Shown one piece after another: positions 53,426 to 64,000 of a DNA stretch of 64,000 nucleotides (positions are counted from its first letter, which is position 1; each line of letters opens with the position of its first letter). This DNA comes from Octopus sinensis. Lineage: Eukaryota. Position numbers and translations under genes: made by a program. The notes beneath the pieces were generated by a model. That model was given only the letters and a program-made list of their open reading frames with translations. It ran no database searches and was not told the DNA's origin. The DNA is taken from the NCBI RefSeq assembly GCF_006345805.1, contig NC_043005.1:93186001-93250000 (forward strand), written 5' to 3'.

Positions 53426-54769
53426 GGAGACATTTACCCTTACCCGAGGTGCCGTGCAGTGGGATTGAGCATGTGAACACATGGTTAGGAAGTAAGCTTG
53501 TTAACCACACCTATATACCATGCTATATATAGCATGACATATAGATGCAAGCATGGCTGTGTGGTTAAGAAGCTTGCTTCCTAACCATGTGGTCTCAGGC
53601 TCGATCCCACTGCATGGCAGCTTAGGTAAATTTCTTCTACTATAGCTTTAGGTCAACCAAAGCTTTGTGAGTGGATTTGGTAGATGGAAACTGAAAGAAT
53701 TTTGTATATATATGTGTGTTTGTGTGTGTGTACCCTTGTCTTGACATCACAGTCATATAAGTGTTGTTTATTTCCAGTCTTCCATGGAAAACATGTTTGG
53801 CCATGGGACATATTATTTTAGCTGGAAATAGGTGAAGTTTGGCAACAACAATGGTTTCCAGTCACAGAAAATCTGCCTCAACAAATTCTCTCTGGCACAT
53901 GGAGAAGTGGACATTTAAGAAAATCGACAATGATTTCCTCAGAAATGTTTGGTAAAATGGTTTTGCAATGTGGTGACAGACTTGATGTCGGAGGTCCTTG
54001 ATCTTTAACGCTATAATAGTAAGAGTGCATATAGCTACCTTTGCAGGTATTTTGTTGGGTCTCTCTGAGCCTACAAGAAAACTCTACATGTGACTCCCCC
54101 AACTTCATGTTTGAACTCTTCTCCACATAATACTGGCATTGATGAGAGGAATATTCTGGTTATCAGACAATCAAACATCTCTGCCATATCCACCTCAGAA
54201 TTGTGGCATTGCAGTATATGACATCGGGTGACAAAAATGGAGAACAAGCTTACATAAAGAGTTAATTAGACCCAGGTTAGTTGTGATCCAAATAGACAAT
54301 GTTCAAAGTCTTTCCAACTGGGACCATCCTGTCTTTTTCCCCAAAGAACAATGCAATCATGATCACTAGTTCAAATATGCAATAAGTGTCTGTTTTGATG
54401 CTGTTTCTAGCAGCTCAACTGACTACCTGAAGATACCTGTATGAGTTGTAATTTTCTTTAACCCTAGATCAACCTGGATTGAGCAAACAAGTGTTCATAA
54501 GTATTTCAGCCATGATCGTCATATCTTTATAAAGCTACTAAGGTGTGCTGAGGTTTGGGTTGCTATTTCTAGTAAGCTGAGCAACCACATAGAAACTCTG
54601 TTTTGTCTATAATGAGTTTTACAGAAAGGCAAAAATTAATAATAATAATAATCCTGATTACTGTTCTCCCTCATTAAAATTCATCAGTGACCAGAAACTC
54701 CATTAGCTTTATTGTCGAGCATCAGTTACATATTCTTTTCACATGATCATGTGACCAACCAGGCTATCA

Positions 54770-55010
54770 GATATTGTTACACATCGCTGGTCACAATGCA
54801 TTTTGCATTGTTTTAGCCTTCAAATGATGCTGCCCCACTCTCCAGGCAATCAGGCCAACATTCTCCACTGATTGAAACGGGTACTGAAGCAACATAAAAT
54901 GAAGTGTTTTGCTCAAGAACACAATGTGCTGCCCAGTCAGGGAATTGAACCCATGATCTAGCAATCCTGAATGCCACAGCATAACCACTGGGCCATGTGT
55001 CTTCACACAT
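54770..55010 (-). mobile_element. tRNA-derived SINE, third family; partial copies at about 60030-60160 (-) and 33150-33260 (+)
   Basis: Minus strand catggcccagtggttatgc..ggttcaattccc..gtgttcttgagcaaaacacttc. Confidence 0.75.
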
Positions 55011-56525
55011 ATTTGTCTTAAATAGAAACCCTTCCAAAATACCTCTTTGCAGTTGTTTTGATTTCTGTTTCTCTTTTGACTGTATTTTTAGACTCTACTC
55101 CTGTGGTTCTTAACCTGGACATCAACACCTCTGTGGGACCATTATGTACCTACAAGGGAGTGGAAAAGCATTAATGTCATATTTTAATTAGGCACAATAT
55201 ACATTTTCAAACAAAAATTTCAGAAAATGAAGCAGGCATTGTGTTATGAGTGACCAGAAACATGTCTGATGACGTGCCAAAGTCCAACATAATTTCAACT
55301 TATAGGAAATTTTTTATTAATTTCTATAAAAATTTTAGGGACCATTTATATCTGCAGATGTCTAAACAGAGGCATTCATACTGCACAGGATAATAAACAG
55401 GGGAAAGAAATGAGTTATTAAATGCCATTTTATAAGATGAGTTGCTGAACTATAAGTGTTTTAAGAACCATTGCTCTAAGTGACCGATATGTGCCATTTG
55501 TTTCTTTAAGAGCTTTCCACTTTCCTTTTATGTCACCAAATATGATTGCAGTTGTTTGATCTTTCTTCTTTTCTTTTTGTTATTGACATAAGTTCCTGTA
55601 CAAATGAACCCTTTTTAGTACTTGGTCCAGTCCTTTCCAGCCCAAATATTCTTCCTGTTTTATGTTCACACCAGCTAGATCTGGCCCCTCACATTTACCC
55701 GACAATGTCATACCAAAAATGCACAATCACATTATCAAAATCTCAAAGCTACAAGATTATGCATGATTAAGTCAAAACAATGTGACTAAATAAGCATTGC
55801 ATTTAACAGAGAATCTGAATGCTTAAGGGTTAAAAATTATAAAAAAGTTTTCATGGAAAATGCTTACCAGTTCTTCTTGAGGATTCAGATAGAAGAATGT
55901 TCATATATTTTGAATTTCAAAGTTTTTCTTGCACTCTTTGAGACTCTGCTGTTCTTTTCTCACCCTGCTATTTCTCTTGATCTTCTGTCTATATTCACAT
56001 TTCATATAAAGACTCATCATTTTCTAACTTACTAATGTTATTCTCTTTCCATTAAAAACAAAAAAAAAATGGAATCTTTTCAAGTCCAGCATTGGAACTT
56101 TCTTTCTCTTCTTCAAACTTTTGATTATCTTTTTGAAAATATTTCTCGTGTCATTTGATTAGCCGACAGTTTTATATTAACATCTGATTTCTCCTCTTTT
56201 CTTTTTACATTAGAACCTACAAAACATGTACACGTTACTTCACCCACAACTGCTATGATTCCATCAATCTTGCAACCACTACTACTACTACCACTACTAC
56301 TACTGCATCATTTAATGGTTGCTACACTAAACTTTCTTGTAATAATTAAAGTTAATATAAAGCTAACTCTACTATATTCCTTGCATCTACACCCAGTTCT
56401 TGGTGCATGTCTTTTTTTTCTTTTTTATTGTTTCATTTGTTTTCCAAAGAAGTTTCTTTGCATCATTCACCCACTGAAGGGGTCAGGTATTTCTTTATAT
56501 CTGTTTTCTCCTTGCTATCCACCAG

Positions 56526-56787
56526 GAAATGAAAGATTGTCGAGACCCTGATGATGGTGATGTCGTTGTTATCAAAGATTCTAAAATGGATGAGCAGAGC
56601 AGTGAACCAGACAAACAAAACAATCGGGAATCTTTCGTTGGTCAACAGAGAGACTTACTTAAAATACGACACAGAACATCACATCACCGTCCTTTGTCCC
56701 GCACTCAGTCCAGTCCACTGGTTACTTTCTCAATGCCTCCACAACAACCCCAGGATACTGGTCCTGTGCGCTATACATTTACTACAG
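56526..56787 (+). CDS. HDAC4: HDAC4-like exon: EMKDCRD...HHRPLSRTQSSPLVTFSMPPQQPQDTGPVRYTFTT; third 14-3-3 site
   Basis: ctatccaccag|GAAATG ... CTACAG|gttgca; 262 nt, phase 0-1; HRPLSRxQSSP and FTT(G) motifs. Confidence 0.96.
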
Positions 56788-57016
56788 GTTGCACTGCCTC
56801 TTATATTCTTCTTTACTTCAAAATATATAGTTATACAGCTGTTTGATATATGTATATATATATAAGTATATCACTTTGTGTATCATACTTAAAGCAGTAC
56901 TTTGTTGAAAGCCTTGTAAACTGTGATATTCATCTTGAAAAAGCATAGAATGTATGGTGTTCAAAAACGCAGAAATATATGAGTAGCAGAAGAACATCAT
57001 CCTACAGCAGTGATGG

Positions 57017-58110
57017 CATTTAGTCAAAAAGATTTGTGTAACTCTGGTGAAATTCTCCTGTAATTTTCTTGGTGCTAGTAACTTAGAAATCTTTTTATTC
57101 TCATGTATTTCATCAGTAGCAAAGATCTGCCAGGACTGCACACCTGCACAAAATCATTCACTACTGATATAGTAAAACAGTGAGTGAAGAATCACTGGTG
57201 TTGCAATTAACTACAGAAACAGTCTTAGTTGAAAATAGCAAGAGTCTATGTGTCTTGTTTTTTTCTGTAAAAATCATTATTTAAGGTAACAAACTTGGTA
57301 TTCTGATTTAGTTAGTGTTTTCTTTGAATTGCCATAACATTTCCTCCCATTTAGAAACCCAATTGAACAATTTTGTTTTATTGACTCCTAGGACTGGCTT
57401 ATGATACTGTAATGTTAAAGCATCAATGTTCCTGTGGTAACAATTCTGCCCATCCTGAACATGCAGGGCGTTTGCAGAGTATTTGGTCTCGTCTGCAAGA
57501 AAGAGGTCTTGTGTCTCGATGTGAGGTAGGAATTGTAGTTTTTCTGCATTTGTTGTAACCGATTTGGTACCAGCATTATTGGTCTAAAAGAACTAATGTC
57601 TTCAGACTCTAATGTTAGGTTTGTATTTAATACACACACACACACACACACATTTGTGACAAACTGAAAGAATGAGTTCTCAACACTGTGTAGCTGGAGG
57701 AATATTTTAAATGTTCTTATTTCTGTGCAACATAAAATCAATCTTCGCAACTTGCTTGACTTTGATGGTTTATGAAAATTGACACAACTCTTTACAAAAG
57801 TAAATTCACAGTAAGAAGGGTGCTGCGTAATAAATGTAGGTCAACTCAGTTTATTGGGTCAAACAATATTTTAACAGCATGTCAGTTTTCCTTGGATTTA
57901 AAATGAAAAATACACAGAAATACAGAAATCCAAATCTGAACAGGAATATCCTGCTTTCTTTTCTAGACAAAACCAATATCAGGTTGCACTTGTTCGTAAT
58001 TGGTAACAAAGAGAGAAAACAAGAAAGAGAACATTTAGTCAAAAAGCTTTGTGGAACTCTGGTGAAATTCTCCTGTAATTTTCTTGGTGCTAGTAACTTA
58101 GAAATCTTTT
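57017..58110 (+). repeat. 79-bp direct repeat (57017-57095 and 58032-58110) flanking an HDAC exon
   Basis: Two substitutions in 79 nt; offset 1015 bp. Confidence 0.95.
57392..57525 (+). CDS. HDAC4: HDAC4-like exon, start of deacetylase domain: (G)[44 protein letters not shown]
   Basis: actcctag|GACTGG ... TGTGAG|gtagga; 134 nt, phase 1-0; carries the C-x-C and His ligands of the class IIa structural zinc site. Confidence 0.98.
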
Positions 58111-59551
58111 ATCCGCATCTGTTTTGAAAACTGAAAGAGCAGTGGATTCAGAATATTGTCTGAGAGTGTGTATCTTCAGATTTTCCTCCAATTTACAGCC
58201 ATTTGGTGTAAAATGTTCAGCAAGTTCCACCAAACCACTAGGCCCATTTGAATTTTTTGTTGAATTTCAATGTTATGTAACCAGCACAAATCAAATTGTG
58301 TTTGGTGCATTCAGCTGCATCCATCAAACAGGAAGTATTACAGGTCCCACAGTCATAACAGTTCTCTTAGAATTTGTGATTGAGTCAACCTGACTCATGC
58401 TATTGCACAGTGAACAGGAGGTATCTCCCTTATGACTGTTTTTGGGTTACAGCCTTCAAAAACTCCAATGGAGTTTTTTTTTTATTATGATTAAAGGTAT
58501 TAATTAGCAGTTATATTTTTGTTGTCTAAAGACTACAATAGGTGGATGAGGCTACACTTTTGAAATGCCAGCAAAATTCAGTGCCAGTTAATCACTAAAA
58601 GAATTTGGTTATAAATTTTATTTTGACTACTAAATTAATTAGGTATTAAAATTTGACTTAATTCAGAGTCAATTTTATCATTTGCAATTTCCTTTGATCA
58701 GAATTCATTAGAGCTGCATTTAACATAATGGCATGCAAAATCCTTTGCACGTTTCCAAAAGTTCCCTATATCAGTACAAATCCAGTCTCAAACTGGGTCT
58801 TCAGATTTGACTTAACTGCATGGTGTGAAGGATCAAAGCAATGCTGGAGGTAAATATAGGATGACTGGAGTTTCTAAAATAACTCTGTTCCTATGCAGCC
58901 TTCTGTAAACTTTTGTTTCCAAAAATGCTAGCTTTGAAAGGTTTGATGAGAATTTTCTGTTCTACTTAAAGCCATAGTTTTGTGCAAAGCAATCACAGAA
59001 ATGCTAAAACTTGGCTAGACTATCTTGTATTCTTTCACAGACCAAAAAAATTTCTAAAAAAGACAAAATCAATAAGCCACAGCTAGAATATTGGTTCACG
59101 ATCCATGCAGGAGTTTGAATGTTTTCACTTCCTGTATCTCGTATTTCATTATAAAGATATTTGTGAAATTAAATTGCCATGATGCATCCAAATTGGTACT
59201 GAAATGAGTTTGGGAAAACTGTTCACAAGCACTGTTTGAGTTTCTGAAATCTTGTCAGACACGCATTAGGGAAAGCCTTAAGACAAATAGAAAAAATCAC
59301 CTAGAATAACCTCACAAACTCTGAACATATTGCACTCCATCACCTAGCTAACAATGACAAGAAGGGTATTTGGCCATAGAAAGGCTACTTCAACAAATTC
59401 TGCCAGTGTGGCAAAGTGGACATTAAAGGATGATGTTTCAGTAATGCAGTCCAAGTCCACTCGTCCACATTGGAAGGGTTAGTTTAACAAACCGGTTCTC
59501 ATAGATGCTTTGTGTTGTGCTTTTCCACTCAATCTGGTTATTTATTTACAG

Positions 59552-59666
59552 CGTGTGAAAACGCGAAAAGCCACTTTGGAAGAATTACAGAGTTGCCATA
59601 CAGAAGTCTACACATTATTGTATGGAACGAATCACCCAAGACAGAAAATGGACCCTAAACTAATTG
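59552..59666 (+). CDS. HDAC4: HDAC4-like exon: [38 protein letters not shown]
   Basis: tttatttacag|CGTGTG ... TAATTG|gttagt; 115 nt, phase 0-1; RKATLEELQ and LLYGT motifs. Confidence 0.97.
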
Positions 59667-60691
59667 GTTAGTTCTTATGATTCATTTCCTTCAAATTTAT
59701 TTCAGAATTTTTGCAGTTTCTCAATCATAACTTATTGTAATGAATTTTACTTTTCAGGACCTGATAACCAAACTGTCCTCATTCAATTAACATAATTTGC
59801 TAATTTTTTTACCTCAATCTGAGGATGCATTACACTAACACCTGAGTTTTAAAATCTTGAAGTAACAAAACTATTCCCACTTTAACTTATCCTCCATTTC
59901 CTTGATATGAGAAAGATTTTTTCTGGAAATCTCCACAGTTTTTTTTTTCTTTAATCAACAAAATAATATTTAAGAAATCAACACTTGAACATTTCTGTAT
60001 TGTGTGCCAGGGCTCACAAGACCAGTTACCTCAGGACACAATATTCTTGCTCGACAGGATGCCATTCCATCAGAGGTCCACTCGTTTACAGCTGAGTGAA
60101 CTGGAATTGAACCCATGATCTTGCAATCATGATTGCAACACTAATCACAAGGCCACTTGCCTTCATTGTTTAACAAAAGGCTAACCTCTTACTAGCAGAG
60201 GAGAGAGATTTCAATTTCCAGCCCAAAACATTTCAAGCTTCTACCCACTCCCAACACTTTTCTTTTTCTCTTCCTTTCATTATCCTGAAAATGCTATCAT
60301 TCTCACTCCACCATCCATGCTCAGATTCCACAAAAGAACAAATACTTTGAACATTTCTTCCATCTTGGAACTGCTCTCCTGTGAAATACTCTCTTGTAAT
60401 TTTCTTTCATTCTACAGACATTGCCATGCAGATATTCAAACTGAATAGAACCACATTGTTCTTGCTGGTCAGCAGGGGCCGATACAACAACATTGCTCTT
60501 CCTATAAGGCTTAATTATAAACAAAACTTCATTTATTAACAAAGATATTGAAAAACAAATGTAGAGGTTGCCATACCTTGACAGTTTTTATAGATTGGAA
60601 TTAGAAAGAAACACAGTGAAATTATTGAATTCTTTACAGTTTTTGTCAGTTCTTGGATTCGTTATATAAAAGATCATTATTCTATTTTCAG

Positions 60692-60792
60692 ATTCTCTTT
60701 CTCTGAGATTTTGTATTCTCAGCTGTGGTGGTATTGGTGTGGATTCTGATACAGTGTGGAATGAATCTCATACAACCACTGCTGCACGCATG
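60692..60792 (+). CDS. HDAC4: HDAC4-like exon: (D)[33 protein letters not shown]
   Basis: ctattttcag|ATTCTC ... CGCATG|gtaagt; 101 nt, phase 1-0; CGGxGVDSDTxWNE motif with the fourth structural zinc Cys. Confidence 0.98.
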
Positions 60793-61424
60793 GTAAGTAG
60801 GAAGCAGCTTGTTTGGTGTCTTTTCTTGGGTTTTTGTATTGCTCTGCAACACACTGCCACCTTTTTATTCAACATATAAACATTTGTATTGTAGAACTGT
60901 TTGAATTCTACTCAAATTAATAGGGGCTAGCATAGCTGTGTGGTTATGAAGTTGGTTTCACAACATCATCTTCGGCAAGTGTTTTCTACAATAACCTCAA
61001 GTTGACCAATGTTTTGTGTGATGAACATCCTGGTCTGAGCTGATCTCTCAATGACAAGTCTCCAGAACAAAAATTTGAAAACCAAATTCATAGTTGCTGG
61101 TCAGTAATGATACCTTGGCCATAAACACTGCATTTCGGTGGCGTTTTTTCCATTCTTAAACTCTCACAACATCACATGTGGAATGTGCACTTTCAATTCA
61201 TCCATTTACGGGAGTGAAATTTAATTTTAAACAATGATGTACACACTTTCACTGCTTAAATATGGATGACAGTTGAGGTTCTTTTAAAAACGGTAGTTTC
61301 CATTTCAACTTCAAACATCTTGAAGTCCAAAATGCTTCATTAGAATTTATTTCCAAAAACGGGAATTATTTCTGATTCAACCCAATAGTTTAATGTTATA
61401 ACAGGAGTTGATTATATATTTCAG

Positions 61425-61478
61425 GCTGCAGGCTGTGTGATAGAACTGGCATTTAAAGTTGCTTCAGGTGAATTAAAG
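61425..61478 (+). CDS. HDAC4: HDAC4-like exon: AAGCVIELAFKVASGELK
   Basis: atatttcag|GCTGCA ... TTAAAG|gtaaaa; 54 nt, phase 0-0; resembles vertebrate AVGCVVELVFKVATGELK. Confidence 0.97.
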
Positions 61479-61599
61479 GTAAAATGATTGCTTTTTAATT
61501 TGCAACAATTATATTCTTCTCTTTCCAATTCCACTCACGTTATCTTCATATGTTGCTTGTGTTTTCTGGTTGTATTCTTCTTTGGTTGGTTTCTTGGAC

Positions 61600-62530
61600 T
61601 TTAGTCATGAATTTAGCATGAAGCTAAAAGTCCATCAAGGTCCAGTCTTCCTCCTGTTCTTAGTCATCATAATCCAATCCTACAAACTGTTACCAAGGAG
61701 TTTAAGACTGGTTCTTTCTGGGTTACTGATGATCTTGTTCTCATAGTTGAATCTATCTGGGAATTAGAGAAGAAATTCCTGGCACGGAAGCTAAACCTTG
61801 AATTGAAAGGCCTTAGGTAAGTAGGGAAGAATACATTCAGGGAAATAGCCTTGTTCAATATGTAGAAAAGGGTTAGAGATAAGTTCCATGCGTTGTACTT
61901 GATGTAAGCTATGGACTCACAAGAGATGTAGAAGACTGATAAGCAGACTCTCCAAGGATGTGATGGATGCAATGGAGCAGAGGCAGAGCAGAAAGGAAGT
62001 CTCTTGAATACTGAGATGGCTCGTTAGAAGTAGTTGATGGCTTTTGTCGGGAGATGTAATTAGGAAGAGAGGTGGTTGCTCTGAAAGCAGCCAGGTTAAG
62101 AACTGGTTGGAGAAAGTTCAGGGAACGACTGCCACTGTTGATGACAAAGATTTCTTCCCAAGACTGAGGGGCAGATTGTACAATGCTTGTGTTAGAAGTG
62201 CAATGCCACATGCTTGTGAGACATGGGCTTTGAATGTAGAGGACTTGAGGGGTGTTCTTGGTTGGATGTGCAATGTGAATGTGCATGAAAGAATTAGTAC
62301 AAGGGTGCTAAAAACTGGGCATAAGAGGAATCAGATGTTGTATTCAAGAAAGAAGTTTGTGCTGGTCTGGACATGTGATGCATGTGGACAAGGATGGCTG
62401 TGTAAAGAAATGTCATGTGGCTGGAACTTGCAGGAGATCCAGGAAAACATGGAGTAAAATGATGAAGACTGACCTCAGGATTCTGAGCCTGGTGAAGAAG
62501 ATGACAAAGGAAAGGGATCTCTGGTGATAG
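61600..62530 (+). mobile_element. RTE-clade LINE fragment (end of RT to C-terminus), decayed
   Basis: ..VTKEFKTG...DDLVLIVES..ELEKKF..LELKGLR; CKLWTHKRC; RLRGRLYNACVRSAMPHACETWALN; an RTE-type 3' tail with (GAT)n follows at about 63130-63287. Confidence 0.88.
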
Positions 62531-64000
62531 GAGGCCCTCAAAAAGATTTGCCCTCCTTAGTGAAACTGAGTTCTGGAAGTGCTAAGTTACAGTGCCCCTC
62601 CCTGTTCATGTTACAGTGCTACCCTCACCTCATGCATTATGCCTGCCTCTTCCACTTACCCACCCCAGCTCCTACAGGCTACCCAATCATGTCATCTCTC
62701 TCTCTCTCACCCGCCCACCTGGCAACTGTATCATCTTTACCATTCATGCTGTTCACCCCTGCTCTCTCTTCATCCTTCTATCTTTTCCAGCACATGGTTC
62801 TTTGTTCATCCATCCTTCAGCCCTACCCATTCTGGCAGTCTGCCTCCCCAACTCCTCATTCTCTTTCCCACACAATCTTGCAAACAACCCACCCACCCCA
62901 CTTCTACTCAGCTTCTGCCCTTAAAGGGCCACCTGAGCACCTCATCACCATTATCTCAGTTCCTGCTGGTCATTCTCTCCCTCTCCCCTACTTGATTCCT
63001 CTACAAGAACCCCCCACCCCACTCCACCTATCAGTGTTCATAGTCCTGTGAACTGCATAGTAACCACAATAATGCATGTGCCATGTAAAGAAGAAAAGCC
63101 CCCCCCCCCCAGTCCAGACTAGAATAAGAACTCGTTGGAGGTGTTAAGGGGGCCGTCCAGCCTTAGAAAGTTTGCCAAAACGGACATTGGAACACGAAGC
63201 AGTCCTTAGACACATCAGATCCTGTCAAACTGTCCAACCCCTGCTAGCATGGAATGCGGATGATAAATGATGATGATGATGATGATGTTTTCTCATACTA
63301 GTCTATATTTTGTTTCATCATAACATTGTGCTTCTTTGTATCTGAGAAAACTGAAGAGAGAAGTGAGTTGTGAATGATTTATTGGAAGGCAAACAGATGG
63401 GGGGTGGTTTAAAACACTTGCCTCTCAGCCGTGTGGTCATAGGTTCAGTCCTACTCTTTGACACCTTGGTCAAGAGTCTTTTACTTTGGAGTCAGGCTGA
63501 CTAATGCCTTGTAAATGGAATTGGTTGATGGAAACTTTATGGAAGCCTGTTATATGTACGTGGGTGTGTGTGGTACACATGTACATGACAGGCTTCCCTA
63601 CAGTTTCCATCAGACATTCCTGCTTCTTGCATGAGGTCATCTAAGCATAAGAACAGTGTCACAGTCTCACCCAATATCTGTAATAGAGAAGTATGTGTGC
63701 TGGTGCAGATATGTGATGTAAATGAATGCCACTTACCAGAAAGGAAGATGCCATGTGCCAACAGTAGAATCTTGTCATGGCAGAGAAAGACTAAGAAGGA
63801 TCTAGAAGAAGAAATGGTCAGGTGTTAGTTGGGTTTCGTAGACAAGAAGAGAGAGGATCAACAAGAATAGCAACACAACATGCAACAGATGTTGCAACCC
63901 AATGAATGGTACCGTGGACAAGCAGATGTTGAATGGTGTTGGCAGCAAGGATGCTGACAACAGCTCCTCTTCATCCTTGTTTTCCACCTCATCATATTTC

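Noticed and set aside
58745-58810. Minus-strand CTGAAGA..GAAACGTG with an internal hairpin
   Set aside because: G at the cleavage position, no stem I, and stem II not adjacent to GAAA
62524-63051. 175-aa ORF and overlapping ORFs
   Set aside because: C/T-rich low-complexity sequence, open in several frames, with no motif

Overview
AT-rich, microsatellite- and SINE-dense animal genomic DNA. The repeat families look like those of Octopus, which is my recognition and not a database result. The window lies wholly inside one + strand gene, a class IIa histone deacetylase (HDAC4/5/7/9 orthologue). I can trace 12 GT-AG exons from the RKTA|SEP 14-3-3 site/NLS region (12642) into the deacetylase domain (61478). 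The gene runs off both ends of the window. All junctions are phase-compatible except exon 26395-26496 to 29422, which is 1 nt out of frame. There is also an in-frame candidate cassette exon at 35313-35405. The introns hold RTE and CR1 LINE fragments, a decayed full-length mariner, MITEs, many SINEs and two Penelope-like GIY-YIG relics. The main result of the hunt is a set of type I hammerhead-ribozyme motifs of the Penelope-associated, palindromic-stem-III kind. Two are near-intact and convergent (17520-17581 +, 18059-18159 -), and several are decayed. There are also long fold-back repeats that could form dsRNA in the pre-mRNA. All structures were folded by eye and none is shown to be active. 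TE boundaries are approximate.
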